64,000 bases of DNA from Octopus sinensis (GCF_006345805.1 NC_042997.1:93744001-93808000); one strand, 5' to 3'; numbered from the stretch's first letter, positions 25,060 through 39,350 are shown. Program-made: numbers and translations. The notes: generated by a model not told the origin, from the letters alone.

Positions 25060-26000
25060 TATTGCTAGTGAGGAGATAAATTCCCAGCACTGAGATCACC
25101 AGATCACATGATTTCAACCTTCTTTGGTCTCATCAATGATAGACGTTTGACTGCTAGAGATAGCAAGGATTCATCTCCCCGCCAGCAATATATAGAATAA
25201 CAATGAGGGAACAAGAAATGGTGAGGTCTCAAAGGTGCTGGGTCATCATTATTTGAGATGACAAATGATAGCGTTGACATGTCTATGATAAACCCTTGAA
25301 AGCATAGAGAGACAAGGGGTGAAGTAGTGATGATTATGTATGTGCTTAGAAACACCTTCCATTGTTAAGTCACCTAGATAATAGAAGCCGTCTAGGTAGC
25401 ATTCTGGACTACTGAATTTGTTTTATTGGTGATATTTCAGTTAAATACCCCTGCACAATTGCTAATCCACTTAAAGTTCTTCTCTGTGTACCTACTTTAT
25501 CCCATTGTTCTCCTTGTACATTTATAGTTTACATTGGATTCACCATATGCATTTCTTTCCTACTACTTTCCTGCATATCATTCAACTATTTCCAGATGGT
25601 TAGGACGTCTTGTTTTCTTTCCTACCAAGTGAAACTATTGTCATTGTTAGGTTTACCTTAAGATATCTTAATTCTTGGTTTTGCTTCTTCATTTGGAATT
25701 TCTTCACTATAGTATAGCGAAGAAATGGAAATTCACAAAGACTCTCTATCTTAAACTCCACTTTATGGCCAAGTGAACTATAATAAAGAGGAAGGCAGCT
25801 GATTACTGGAACTTGATGGATACCTAATTACACACTAAGTTCCTCACTAACTTTCACTTTGCTGACAGCATCTCTGTATATGGCTTGCACAATTCTCATA
25901 AACCATTCACCTATAGTTTTCTTAGTAACTGCCAGACTGTTATAGGGCATAGTAATGTGTGAAAGGCCTCCTCCGCATAGTGAATGCTATATGGAGTGGT
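25060..26000 (-). mobile_element. Old RTE-clade LINE fragment, antisense in NDUFS3 intron 4
   Basis: Minus strand gives degenerate KPLHIAF..., GEWFMRIVQAIYRDAVSKVKV and a GIHQ motif, homologous to the 21.8-kb copy. Confidence 0.55.
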
Positions 26001-26098
26001 TTGCTCATTATTAAGTACTTCTCTTATTGTCTCACAGGAAATTAACTGAGTACGATAGATAGAAATACTAATATATCAGAAGAAAATGTTTCTCTTTC

Positions 26099-26144
<46 letters not shown>

Positions 26145-26242
26145 CACACACACACACATGCACATACATACACACATGTATATGTATGTATATATATATG
26201 TATGTACTCTTTATTTATATATTTAAATCAACTTTATTTTAG

Positions 26243-26362
26243 ATTTGGGACATGTATGGAGTATTCTTTGCTAACCATCCTGATTTGCGGCGCATTTTAA
26301 CAGATTATGGTTTTGATGGCCATCCTTTTAGGAAAGACTTCCCTCTCTCAGGATTCACAGAA
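26243..26362 (+). CDS. NDUFS3: NDUFS3 exon 5
   Basis: tttatttttag-type acceptor then [40 protein letters not shown]|gtaagc; complex I 30-kDa signature (HPDLRRIL...GHPFRKDFP). Confidence 0.98.
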
Positions 26363-27393
26363 GTAAGCTTTTGAAAATATTATCTTAACAACAGTATTCT
26401 CTCTCTCTCTCTGCCAAATGGTTGGATGCCTTTCCTGTCTGCCTCACTTGTTTACAGGCAAGGTAACATTTCCCATGACTAGGCATGTTTATCTCAGAAG
26501 ATTGGATATGAGCAGTGTCTTTTGTATGATGGTGATGCTCGTTTACAGTCATCACAAAGCTATAGTAGAATATATTTATCCAAGGTGTTGTACTGTGGGA
26601 TTGAACTTGAGACTACACCTGTGGATTTGACCAATCTTTTGAGCAACCTGTGGTCTGATTTGAATATGTCACTACAAGTTAACAAAAGATTTTTCAGTTA
26701 TATCAGAACAATATTGCACTGGAATTCAAATAACTCTATCAACTGTGGCTCTGAATCCTTTACCAATATTTCAAGTATTACAAACCTTCTCTTCTGTTGT
26801 TGTTCTTTAGCCTAAGTTCAACTTTGATTAAGCAACTCTCTGATCAAAGTTATTCTAGCCATGACCACCCACTGGATAAGCAGTATTCTAACATCTTGTC
26901 TGCTGAGCAATTGGTACTGTTTTGTTTGCTGAGTAGTTGTTTAACATATTACAGGAATACATTTTAGATTCCAAAAGAATAAAGTGTTTTATTTGTTGAT
27001 TTGAGAAGGAAGAACAGCTAACCAAATATATGATCTTAAGTCATTGCAGCTTGGTGAACATCACTGAAACTCACAGGGGTCGTATATTAAATTTCCAGTT
27101 AGTCACATATTAGGTTGATTGTGGTTCGACTTTCATGTATCAGTTTACAAACTTATTATTGCTTCTTCAGTGTTTTATTAGGAATTCTCTGTTAAGTAGC
27201 TGTTTACTAAATATGTGTTACTTTAGGTTTTAAGTAATTTATTATACTATTTATTTGTTGCTGGTGTTATGGTACTATTATGTTTAGTGTTATGATACTA
27301 TTATGTTACTATTTATTTGTTGCTAGTGTAATGATGATGATGTTCTGCAACAAAATATTAATGTTGAATATTTTGAATTAACTTTCTTTGCAG

Positions 27394-27573
27394 GTTCGTT
27401 ATGATGATGAGTTACAACGTGTTGTCATTGAACCCCTGGAAATGACGCAAGAGTTTCGTAAGTTTGAATACAGTACACCTTGGGAAACATACCGCAATTT
27501 CCGGGAAACAAGCGAAGCCCAGGAAATTGCTTTGAAGCAAGTTGAAAGTGGAAAAGTTGAAGAAAAGAAATAA
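27394..27573 (+). CDS. NDUFS3: NDUFS3 exon 6 (terminal)
   Basis: tctttgcag|VRYDDELQRVVIEPLEMTQEFRKFEYSTPWETYRNFRETSEAQEIALKQVESGKVEEKK*; AATAAA at 27609-27614. Summed CDS is 801 nt = 266 aa + stop. Confidence 0.97.
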   Translation, partial: VRYDDELQRVVIEPLEMTQEFRKFEYSTPWETYRNFRETSEAQEIALKQVESGKVEEKK

Positions 27574-30500
27574 CTACAAACACTTGTTAGAAAGTTACAG
27601 AATCTTTTAATAAACAACAGACCATATACTGGATAAATTAAAAATAATGATAATAAAATTAGGTTGTAAATAAACCTGTGAGTGATATTTTTTCTTTTCC
27701 TTGACGCAAGGGTAAAGACCCTGTTCGGTCATAAATGACCATAGGATTGCACCTAGAAAGTTATTGCCTGAGGCACAAGTCTGGGCACAGTTGTTTATGG
27801 AAGACCAGCAGTAGTCCATGCATACCATACCTCCCCTCTCCATGTCACCAATGTTATTGAAGGAAAAGGTAAAGGCTGATACAGCTTGGCACCTGTGATG
27901 CCGCAACTCATTTCTACTGATGAGTGAACTGGAACAATATAAAATAAAGTGTCTTGCTCAAGAATACAACGACACAGCCTGGTCTGGGAATCGAACTCAC
28001 TACCTCATGATAGTGAGCCGGACATTTTAACCACTAAGCTGTGTACTTTCACATTACTGTTAAAAGTTTTGAATTAATCATGCTTTACCTTGTAGCTGTG
28101 AGATTTTGATGAGAGAACAGTTAATTTTTTAGAATGACATTGCAGGGTAGGTGTGAGAAACCAGATCTGGCCAGTTTGAATATAAAACAGTATTTAGCCT
28201 GGATATGGCCGGTTTAAATACTAAAGGGTTAAACAGAAGTAATGTCATGTTTGCTCAGCTGATGTATGGCTTAGTTGTAGAGACCTGATCTCTACATTAT
28301 TAAGGAAAAATTTGGGGATCTATAGTATTGGAGAAGTAACTTAGTTTCAAGGATTGTTTTCCTATTTGTCTTCAGTAAAGAAACTTGGAATTGAAATATT
28401 TATTGATTTCTGTCACGAGAAGACAGATTTTGAATGAAAGACAACCACAACTTAATGAAATATTGGTTTCAAATTTTTGCACAAGGCCAGCAATTTTGAA
28501 GGATGGAGTAAGTTGATTACATTAACCATAGTACATAACTAATACTTATTTCATTAACCCCAAGAAGATTAAGTTCCATGGCAGAATTTGAAATCAGAAT
28601 GTAAAAGCAGGGCAAAATGCTAACCATCCTGCCAGCTCACTGCTTTTACAGTCTAATGAAGTATTAAAGCATATAAGTAATTGCTGAGATTAGTTAATGT
28701 TTTTGATATTTATTAAGTCAACAAAGTTTAATATAGGCATTTTTGAATCTTTTATGTGCTTTTATCATTGAACTGCAGCCATACTAGGGCACTGCCTTGA
28801 AGGGTTCAATGCAGTGGTTCTCAAAGTGGGCGGTACTGCTTCTCCCCGCTCCTTGGGGGCCATGGAAAGATTGAGTGTGTGTGAAGAAAAATGGGGCGAT
28901 AATGGGGTAGCCAAAAGTGGGGTGCGATAGTGTTGCAAAAACAAAATAATTGGTTGATTAGGTTAAGTTTTATTTGAGAAATACAGTTGTTTTGAATGTG
29001 TTGCAGAAATGGTGTAGGTTTTTGGTGGTGAGCGTGGGGCTGAGGGCTAAAATGTTGCTGTATATTACTAGAAAAATGCAAAATTTTTGCTTAGATCTGT
29101 CGAGCATTTACTCCCTCAAACCCAGCAAACTGCTATTGTTAAAAATTTACAAAAATCCCCCATTTTTGGAGTTTAGTGGGCTTCAGGGAGTAAATGCCCT
29201 TGGTTAATCTCAGCAAAATTTAGTATTTTTCTTGTAATCAAATATAGTAACATTTTAGCCCTCAGGCATTTTCAATTTTCGCAATTTTTTATTTTCACTT
29301 TACCCTACTATAGAAGACACTTCCCCAAGGTTCCACATAGTGGGACTGAATTTGAAACCATGTGGTTGGGAAGCAAACATCTTAACACACAGCCATGCCT
29401 GCATCTATATGGCCATGCCTGTGTTGTTGCTACATATCATTATGAGGAAAATGGTTATCTTTCTACCAGTTTGAGATTGCAACAGCTAATGAAATGAAGA
29501 CAACCATAAAAATTTCATAAGTTTAAGTTATTAATACCATCTTTTGACCTGAGAAAATGTTTTACACTTTGATTAGTTTGGTCTCCATAAATATTGCTTT
29601 CAGGGCTAGTAATTTCATGGGAAAGGGTTAATCAATTACATTGACCCCAGTGCTCAACTGGCACTCATTTTATTGACCCCGAAAGGATGAAAGGCAAAGT
29701 AGACCACAAAAGAATTTGAACTCAGAACATAAAGACAGACAAAATACCACTAAAATCTCCATAAATATTAAAACTTTTTCTGTCTCTAACCTAAGTCAGA
29801 AAAATTATATAAAATTCCGATTTATAGGTGCAAGCATGGCCATGTAGTTAAGCAGCTAGCTTTACAGCCACATAGCTTTGGGTTCAGCATCTTGGAAAAG
29901 TGTCTTCAACTACAGCCCTGTACTGACTGTTGGAGGTTGGTGAGAGAGGTGGTTGTAGGTTGGCGAGAGGCAAAGACATTATTCTGCTTAATGAAGGCAT
30001 CTGGGAAATGTATAACTGCTGTCATTCTCAGAAAAACTTGTTTTATTGTGAGAAAAGCGTAAAGTGAAATTTGACAATCGAGGATCGAACCCACACTATG
30101 CCTGCATGAAGCAACTAGAAAACCTTTGTGGAATAAAAATTTTATCCACTGCCATGGAAAATGTGTAACTGTAAAAATGCAGAATTATCGGAGTAATGGG
30201 CATTCAAAAAAGAATGTATGTATGAATGAAGTGTTTAAGGTTTAAGATTCAAATTAAGGAAGTGCAATTATAATGTTTAGCAGTTCAAAACTGTGAGTAG
30301 TGAAATGCAGTATTAGGTTGGCTAATGAGAATCAAATATTGATCACTTCGCGAAAATCTGCAGGTGGTATGGGTTATTCCCCTTGGATTGTTTAAATAAA
30401 ATATTAATGTGTAGTAGATAGAAGGATCCATTGGAAGGGCCCAATTATAAATTTTTTTCAACAATCTAAGTATGCCAGGAGGTTTCCAGACATGAGTTCT

Positions 30501-30869
30501 ACTTATGTGTCAAATAAAGTATAAAAGTGATATTGTCTACAAACATTAGAAATATTTCACACAAAACATCAATATTCAAAGTAAATGAACATAATGAAAT
30601 GGGTTACTTCCCTTGAATATTTAAAAAATATTGTACAGGTGCTATGGGTTATTTCACTTGGGTGTTTAAAAAATTAGCTATATGAGGTAGATATAACGGT
30701 CCCTCCCCTGGAGGGACCTTTATATCTGTCTCATATAACTGAGTATGTCATGAGGTTTCCAGACATGAGTTCTGCTAACGTGTCAAGTTTCATCAAAATC
30801 AATACAATGATGTAGGAGGAATTAGCTCACAACGCCACAAACAAACACACGCCCATTTTCCACATATGT

Positions 30870-30902
<33 letters not shown>

Positions 30903-30949
30903 GTATGTGTATATATATATATATATATATATCTATACATATGTATATA

Positions 30950-31013
<64 letters not shown>

Positions 31014-33123
31014 TATGCATATATACATACATATATGTACATACCTCTATATATATGCATACAGGACATCAAAAAAACGTTGAACACAATGAGAAACAAA
31101 AACAGAGAAATGAGACATACAACATAAAGAATTTTCCCCTTCTTCAGTCGTCCCTATTTCATCTACTCCGCATTTCGAAGGTAAGGACAAGACTCGACTT
31201 TGTTTAAACAGTCCTTCCCGCAAAGCAAATTAAATAAAATTTGGGATTTTTTGCGGAGGGTGAAAGTGATAACAAGAACAGGACAGTGAGAACAAAACAG
31301 TAAAAACAAACGGTGAGGGTTGTTAAGCCAAGATGATAGAAAAATTATTATGAATGCTAAGAAGATGAACTTATGAAGGAGACAGTATAAGCACGTTGTT
31401 GTCTTTATGAAGGTGGTGGTCAGAAAGATTCTCTTTTGTCACGTGTCAGTGGCGAGAGAATCAAGGAGGAGGAGTGGGAGAGAGGGAACAGTGTCTATCT
31501 CTCTCCCTCTCTTGTTCTTCATCCTTTCTGGTTTTCTCTCTCACCCTTCCCTATTCTTCTCCTTTCCTCTTCACCGTTCCCTCTCTCTCACTCCTCCTCC
31601 TCCTCGACTCTCTTGCCACATTCAACAGAAATGTCTGGGGAAAACAAAATTAAGTTTCTGTAATCTGATAATTTCAGTTTTGCTATATGCTTGTCCATTG
31701 GACTGTCTCACACTAGAACTTTGAAGGTATATATGTTTAGTAAAAATGAAATGCTATCAAAAGATCATGGTTATTTCTTACACAAATGAAATTTCAGCTA
31801 ATTCAATTCACAAGCAAATGAAATATATCCTTTGATGGTGAGTTGACATCAGTCAAAAGAATATTAGATATTTTAGCCAAAATCATCCTACAGAGAACAA
31901 GGAAGCTGCTATGCTGTACTTGACTTGCAGGAAATAGCAGCAAAGTCTCTCTCAAATTACATCAGAGAAAAGAATAACATATTCAACAATGTAGTTGTAG
32001 ATATATGGGTGGGGGTGGGTGAAGGAAAATGTGCTGGTCATGGCTGAAATAGCTTTGATCACAGACCTATTTGATCAACGCTGAGTTAGGACTAAAGAAC
32101 AATCAAAAGAGCAAATAGAAAAAAATTGCAAATTGGTAAAATAAACTGACAGAAGTTTTCAAGAAGTTCTTCAGCAGTTACTGAACTGAAGTGTATTCCC
32201 ATCTTTATAAATTTAAATACAATAATCACAGTTCTTTGTATATCACTTTATGGTGTTGTGGTAGTAGTGCTTGCTAATACATGCTTCTTCTGTGCTGCGT
32301 CCTGCTTTTAGTTTTTTCCATCAGGTAGCTTTCTTTTGTGGAAGTGAAAAGAAGAGTCAAATGCATGTCTCTTTGCTACCAAAACTTAGGCCTTCTCATG
32401 GCCACATGTAGTAACTGGTTTCTAGCTAATCTGTAGGGGTTCTCAAAGTAGCAGTGAGTAGGTATACAGGTCCACTAATGAGTGAGTATGCCTGGTGTTA
32501 CTCATTCGCTGTCCCAGTTAAGGGGCAATAGCATGGACAAACAGAGCTCAGCCATGAATAGCAATGTTAGGGCAGACAAGGCTTAGCTATGAATAGCAAT
32601 CCATCTAGAAGGTCATTAAGAGCAAAAAACCTATGGGTATTTTATCTGCATGTTATCTGAAAATTTTGGGGAAAAACGTGGATAAAGGAACATCTCGAAA
32701 ATGGCTAGATGCAAATATTGAAAACCATTCCGTAGAGAATAAGGGTACTTTAACGTAGTACTCGACTTGTTAGAAATAACAGTCAAACCTCCTTCACGAG
32801 ATTTGACAGCTGGGAACAGCAGTCAAATCTTAAGTTTGGAAGAGTCTTTGATATACAAAAAGGCAGAATGATCACAACTGGAACGCTGTCCCTTTAAATT
32901 CAAGTTTTATTGGTTTTATCTGATTAAGGAACTAACGCTTTTTAACAGAAGCACAAGGCGATACATTTGTGGAGATATTAAGTTAATTTTAAGAAGCTGG
33001 ACTAAATCAAGATCGGCGGGAGTCGAACTTAGATTGAGAAGGGAGGTAACTAAATACGGTAAAATATCCCCATCTCTAGACTAAGAGCAGAAAAGAGTGG
33101 TTTGCTAAGGGCGATAACTCTTT

Positions 33124-33198
33124 ACTTCCTGTAACAGACCATCTTCTCCAAACAACTTTGTCTCTGTTCTATCGGAGCTTCTTAACATTTCCGTAAGT
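33124..33198 (+). promoter_or_regulatory. Probable COX6B promoter and non-coding first exon
   Basis: ETS/GABP-type ACTTCCTG at 33124-33131, then a pyrimidine-rich stretch ending in a strong donor TTCC|GTAAGT (GT at 33193). The COX6B ATG exon has an acceptor (ccag, 41821) only 5 nt before the ATG, so an upstream UTR exon is expected. Confidence 0.5.
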
Positions 33199-36100
33199 TT
33201 ATTTATATTTTTCACAACTACATTAAACAATATTATTTATTATAAATAGAGAAACAATCTCTTATTTTTATAATTTCATTCCCTTTTAGCTCTGTCATTT
33301 GTTTTTCGTTAGTATTTAACAAATAACCTGTAGTGACCTGTCTAGCCCAGCTTGATAAACCACAAGGTCATAGTGACGGACACATATGAAGGAAACTAGC
33401 TTAATTTTATTTAATAACTCACTAGTTAATACTTTTGTTACATATTCAAGTTTTTATTTATTTTATCTTTTATTTATTAATTTCATTGCAGTTATCATAT
33501 CAGGAATTAAGTTAATCCACCATTCTTCCCAGTCACGTCTCCAACCATTAGATTATTAGTTTTTTTCCTCATTTTTCTGTCGCGCTTGTCTTTTTATGAT
33601 TCCATAATTCCATATTATTTTATTTTAAACGATAACTTTTATTTTTAATCTTCACTTTCATTATTAATTATTGGTTACAAAATCGCACTCAAAAATTGTC
33701 TGTTTTGTCTAACCTTGAAGACCCACCTCTCTTTTATCTATTCCTGTTTGTCACGTAAACACATGATTTATTACGTTTAAGTGTTAGAATGGATTTAATC
33801 ATTGTCTAATTTTATTTTACCCTCCTCTTCTAAGATAATTATTTCTTTTGTAACTTTCAAGAATTTCATCAGTATAATTATAATTAGAGCTCTGTTAAAA
33901 GAAATCTTCAATATCATCATTCATTTGCTACGGCCAGGAACTTCGGTATGTTTTCATGTATGAAAAAACGTTTTTATGAAGAGGCATGCAAGGACACTTT
34001 GTGTTATTAGGGTTAAAAAAATATCTATTTCTAGTTGTGATAATAATAGAAACTTGAAAGGCGACACTGATGAGTTCATGTGCCGCGAAAGTATATTAAA
34101 AAAAATGTAAAAGTAATTGAAGAAGCTTTATAGAAGTTGGATTTCGTTCAATTGTTCTCAATATTTAACGCTGATGAACAGTTTGAAAATCAACTTGAAA
34201 AATATCTATATTTCACATAAGCTACTTTACTTATCTATCTACCTGTTTCTGCGGCTAGTTTTAACGCACGGTTCCCATTCTCTTAATACGGAAAGGACAC
34301 ATAATACAGATAACGTAATCATAGATTTTCTTCTAAATTAATTGTATGATATGGATGGAAAGCCTTTGATCCTAGGTCTGTTTCGACCAGGGGTGATATG
34401 GGGCTAATAACAACAATTATAATACTGTCCTAAGTATACTATTTCTCCTTTAGACAAACTTAGAAATAATAGCGTAACCTCAAACATTACTAGACAGCAC
34501 ATGAAATGAAATTCATGCAGAAGAGCTGCTACTCCTATGATCTAACAAAGGTTTCCTTGCACTGCTCTACCATGGCCACCACTACAGTCTATATTTGCAC
34601 AGGTCCAACGTAGTCATTTGAACGACTAGAAATAACAGCCAAATTTCAAATTATATCCTTCTTAACTGAAGAAGTAATCACATGGTATAGACCTTAAATT
34701 CAAAGTAATCATATCTGGAATGCTTTGATCAGAGTCCGATTCATGGTAGATCTGGGGTTAAATAAATAACAGCAGTTGTGTGAGTCAACAAGGAAGCTTT
34801 TATTTGGTTGCTTATCATATATGAACCAAATCTTCAAATCAAACCTTACTTTCTTAATATGAAGGACACGTTCACTACTGTAGACCTTTTATCTTCCTTT
34901 ACTGGTTTCATTCAAAAGATTGTGGCCATGCTGGGGCATCACCTTGAAGGGTTTTAGTTGAACAAATCGACCCCAGTACGTTTTTTTTTATGTTTGGTAC
35001 GTTTTCTGTCGATCTCTTTTTGCTGAACTGCTGCGCTACAAGGACGGTTGTTAAACGGTGGTGTTCTTTCAGTTTACATCTACCAAATCCACACACGGTT
35101 TTGGTCAGTGTTGGTCTATAGTAGACACTTGCCCGCCCAAGGTGTCATACAGTGGGTGGGACTGAAACCAGAATTATATGGCTGGGAAACAAACTTCTTT
35201 CCACACAACCACGCTTGTGCCCAGATACATAGTTTAGAAGGAAATAAAATCTGATTATAATGTCTTTAATCATAGGTTTGCTTGAGTAGAACTGATCTAA
35301 GGCTAAACAATACTAGTCACACAGAAAATAGACCGTGGGAGAGCTTCTGTGGAGTTCCTCAACCTGTTAAAAATAACAATCAAATGTTCCTCAAATTACA
35401 TCCTGCTGTCATAAAAGGGAATACTTTGAAAAATGTATTCCTGATTACATTATCTAAAATAATTTAGAATAGTGATGACAAAAAACTGACCCAAAATGAT
35501 GATTGTATCTGGTATATTTACTTTTGATCGTAGGTCTGGTGTTAAAAAACAAATAGAAACAGCTAGGACAGTTAAAACATTGCAAAACTGATTGCCTTTA
35601 GTAAATGTTAGAATTCTATAGAAAACACAGTTAGAAGGCTTGCAAGCTGATTCTTTTTTTTTTTTTAATCTTAATTCCTTTAATATATCTTATCATTTAG
35701 TGTTGAAAAATTGTATTTTGCATTTGCTTTTCTTGATTCATATTAAATCAAATCCAGTTAAGCTTCCGTTATTATAAATCATTTTAAAAGTGGTGAGCTG
35801 GCAGAATTGTTAGCATGCTTGGTAAAATGCTTAGCAGCATTTTGCCTGTCTTTACATTCTGAGTTCAAATTCTGCTGAAGTCAGCTTTGCCTCTCAGTCT
35901 TTCGAGTTTGATAAAATAAGTACCAGTTGGGGCTGATGTTATTGACTTATCCCATCCCCCAAAATCACTGGCCTCTTTATTATAAATTATTTGTGCTGAT
36001 GAATGCTGACATAAAAATGTCACTGCAGTCAATGCATGGAAACTATTGCTCTATATTGATACTGTTGAAGATTTTTCAGTAGTCTGGTTGCAGTAACCTG

Positions 36101-36392
36101 TCTAAATTTACTGGTAAATCAAAGGGGTCAACACTGTCTGTTTTATTGCCTACTTTTAAAGGACAAGGACACATTTAGTGTAGATAATGTAGTCCTATCC
36201 AGGAACAGATAAACAATCATTGTGGCTAAACTCATAATGCTCAGAGGAGACAGATTTGACCTTCCTCACCAACTGAAGAAAGTCAAATTCCAAGACATGG
36301 TTCATGTGGCTCTCATCAAAGGATTACAATGCAGTCTTATTCCCTGTAGAAGTTGATTATCACAGTTTTTCTGCAAGATTGGTGTACTACCT

Positions 36393-36465
36393 CCACCAGA
36401 TAACTGATGAAAGCTGCCAAGGAGATAGTCATGGCAGCTGAAACCATCTCAAGGTGGTTGTGGTT
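36393..36465 (+). ncRNA. Hammerhead-ribozyme-like core
   Basis: CTGATGA-A-AGCTGCCA/12-nt loop/TGGCAGCT-GAAA, stem III ACCATC/TCAA/GGTGGT, then T (GUU triplet). Stem I is weak. Confidence 0.6.
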
Positions 36466-37816
36466 GATGAGACTGCAGATGGCACCCTTCTGCTGGTGAG
36501 GGCTAATTCAGTCTTTGCTACTCCACTCAAGCAAAGGGTACATGCAAAGGGGTGAAATGCTTGTGACCCTGAGATACCTGCTGAAGATTCAGAAAGGTTT
36601 CTAACAGTGCAGTAGCTTCAATTACCACCAGGAGAAGAGCTTGTAATATCTTTAAATAGCTCCTGCAGTTTGTACTTGGGGTTTGCCCCAAATGAAACTA
36701 AACTCTTTTATTAACAATTGTTTTACTTATAATTTAATTAGACTGGTTTCCCTCTGGTTTCCCAATGTTTCTTTCAGTTTTGGAATGCATTTTTAGAGTT
36801 AGTGCATATTTCTCTAAGCAAATTATTTTTAGTCTCTCCTGGTGTTTAAATTGAACCTTTCAGTGTGGATTTCAACTTTGAATACAAATAAAAGTTTGCA
36901 AGGGGTTGATCTAGTAAGTAACATGACTGAAAGATAAGAAAGGTCTTCAGCTTTGCCAATGAATCAGGGTTAATGAGTGATATGTGAGTGGGGGCATTAG
37001 TGTGGTGTAGTATCCAGATTCTGTTTGTTTAGGCTTCAGGTCTATTCCTTTACATTGCAGAACATTACTTTTCATTGTTTACCTGACCATGTGGAACAAA
37101 CTCATGATGTTGCTGCCCTTCCAATTAAAAAGAGATGATTCAACATCAAATTACTTTCACATTTAGATGTACATCCATATTTAGTCATACTTGCCATCCA
37201 CTTTGGTAGAATTGATACTGGTGCTGGTACCACATAAAAAACACTGGTGTTGGTACCACACAAAAAGCAGCCACTACACTCTGCAAAGTGATTGGTCTTG
37301 GAAAGGGCATTCAACTTTTGAAACCATGCCAGAAGAGACAATGGACCCTGGTCGTCCCCACCCCCCATGGCCCATGCCAGCATGGAAAAACAAATGTTAA
37401 ATGATGATGATAATTCAAATAATCAAGCAGTTCCTTACTGATTGACTGGTATCCTTTTCATTTTGTTCATCTGTCAGTAAATAAAAGCTGCACAGATTTC
37501 CTGGCAACATGATGCATATTCAATTTTTCTTTTAAAATTATGTAGAATGAACGTTTATGTGTGTTCACTTGTTTGGAAACTGGAAGGTCAAGCAATGATT
37601 TCTGTGGATCACCGTATAAATTTTTAATGATTTTTAATTCATTATTATCCAAGTGTAAAAAGTTCAACTCTTCATTTGCCTTGTTCTTAACTCTACTAAG
37701 TTCTTCAATAGATTTTACTCTTTTCTTACCACTTTCATCTTTACAGCATCTATTTTCATCTTTATCATTTTGCTGTGTCTGATCATCTCTTCAGCTCATC
37801 CTTCATCAATCTATAT

Positions 37817-38073
37817 CAGTGGTTTTCAACTGGAGTCCACTTGGTCCTTGGGGTTCACATAATATTTTGTTGCTAAAATTTACATGCAATAAATTGCTTA
37901 TACTTCCTACAATGCACAAAATATTTTAACAATTTTTTTTTATACAATTCCTAATATATAATTATAAAAATACAGCAGGATTTTATTTATATATATTGAA
38001 TGGCACTGGAGGTCAAGTTAGAGTAAAAGAGGGATCAGAGGGGTCCATAGGCAAAACATGGTTGAGAACTATG
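37817..38073. mobile_element. hAT MITE (related copy 39674-40328 with nested SINE)
   Basis: CAGTGGTTTTCAAC...GTTGAGAACTATG; flanks ATCTATAT / ATCTTTAT (7 of 8 match). Confidence 0.7.
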
Positions 38074-38114
38074 ATCTTTATGTTTTGACTCATTGAAATT
38101 AAAGAATCTTTTGT

Positions 38115-39350
38115 ACGAGGTGATATCAAAAAGTTCTCAGATTACCGTAAATCCTCGAGTATTGTCTGCCCTTGAATATAATACGCAGGGGATTTTTAGG
38201 GGGCTGTACCTCTGAAAAACCTAAATCTTGTGTATAATATGCACCCCTTCTCTAACTTGAGTCAAGGAGGTCTATATAACGTCCTTGGTTTGTAAAAATG
38301 TATATGGTAACGTCCTTTATTATTATTGTATATATAGCATAATGCAAACATGTAGCATTTTTGTGCATTTTGTTTGCAGAAAATAAAGAAATAACAATAA
38401 TAACGTTTAATAAATGTTGCTTACTGCAAGTTATGGATGATTCTTTTATGACTTCATTGCTTTCAGGCTTAGCTTAAGGTATTTTCGCGACCGACATCAC
38501 AAAATGCGTCTGAATAAACATTGCCGGACAACAAATAGAGACTTGAACATTGCTTAGAAAATAATTTTCATTTTTAATCTCGTGTATGATATGCACTGGG
38601 TATTTTGACCTTTAAATTTTGGAAAAAAAATGCGGATTATACTCGAGGATTTACGGTAGTTATGTTTAATAAAAAATAACTTATTTACCTAAATTTTAAC
38701 ATCATCTCCCTCAAAATAGTCACCTTGCACAACAATACACTGGTCCCAGTGTTCCTACCACTTCTGGAACCTTACCTGGAAGTTGTTTTCCGTAAGCGAG
38801 TTGAGGACCTTCTGTGATTCGCTCTGGATCTTGACAGCGGTGTTAAAATGCTGACCTTTGAGCTGCCTTTTCATTTTGGGGAAGAAGTGGAAGTTTGCAA
38901 GTGCTAAATCTGGCAAATAGAGTGAGTGCTGAAGTAATGCCATGTTATTTTTGGCAAGAAACACAAGTGCAGAGAGCTTGTTTACAGGCTGCATTATCGT
39001 TATGAAGAATCCAATTTTTTGTGTGTTCCACAGATCCGGTCACTTTAGCTGATTGTCCTCCCTCAAATGTTTCAAAATGTTGCAGTAGAACTCTCAGTTG
39101 ATGGTCTGTCCCTAGGATGAAAATTTTGATGCACAATACTGCAGATGTAAAAAAAAAACCCCAAAATCAATAAGCATGCTCTTGATTGAGCTGCAGCTCT
39201 GTCATGCCTTCTTCGGTTGTGGAGATGACGGGCTCTTCTATTGTGACAACTGCTCTTTCATTGCTGTAAGCTTGCCAAAGCACACTTAATGTCTCTGTGG
39301 CAGACTTCCCAAGTTTAACACAAGATTTCACATTGGCTCTTTTTTCCAAC
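38115..39350 (-). mobile_element. Deleted mariner element interrupted by a nested MITE
   Basis: Minus ORFs MEKRANVKSCVKLGKSATETL (N-terminus), WILHNDNA, and HSLYLPDLALANFHFFPKMKRQLKGQHF (C-terminus). One TIR starts CGAGGTGATATCAAAAAGTTC at 38115. Confidence 0.75.
38145..38656. mobile_element. TA-inserting MITE nested next to the mariner TIR
   Basis: CCGTAAATCCTCGAGTA / TACTCGAGGATTTACGG TIRs, with TA at 38143-38144 and 38657-38658. Confidence 0.88.

Noticed and set aside
21820-26000. Sense and antisense RTE fragments flanking NDUFS3 exon 4 as a circRNA or skipping driver
   Set aside because: By eye the two copies are too diverged to form a stable long duplex.
31120-31200. Minus-strand GAAA ... 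CTGAAGA as a permuted hammerhead
   Set aside because: Stem III and the A15.1-U16.1 pair cannot be formed. It is probably a decayed retroelement end.
34067-34095. CTGATGA...GAAA hammerhead candidate
   Set aside because: Stem II has at most two pairs, and there is no convincing stem I or III.
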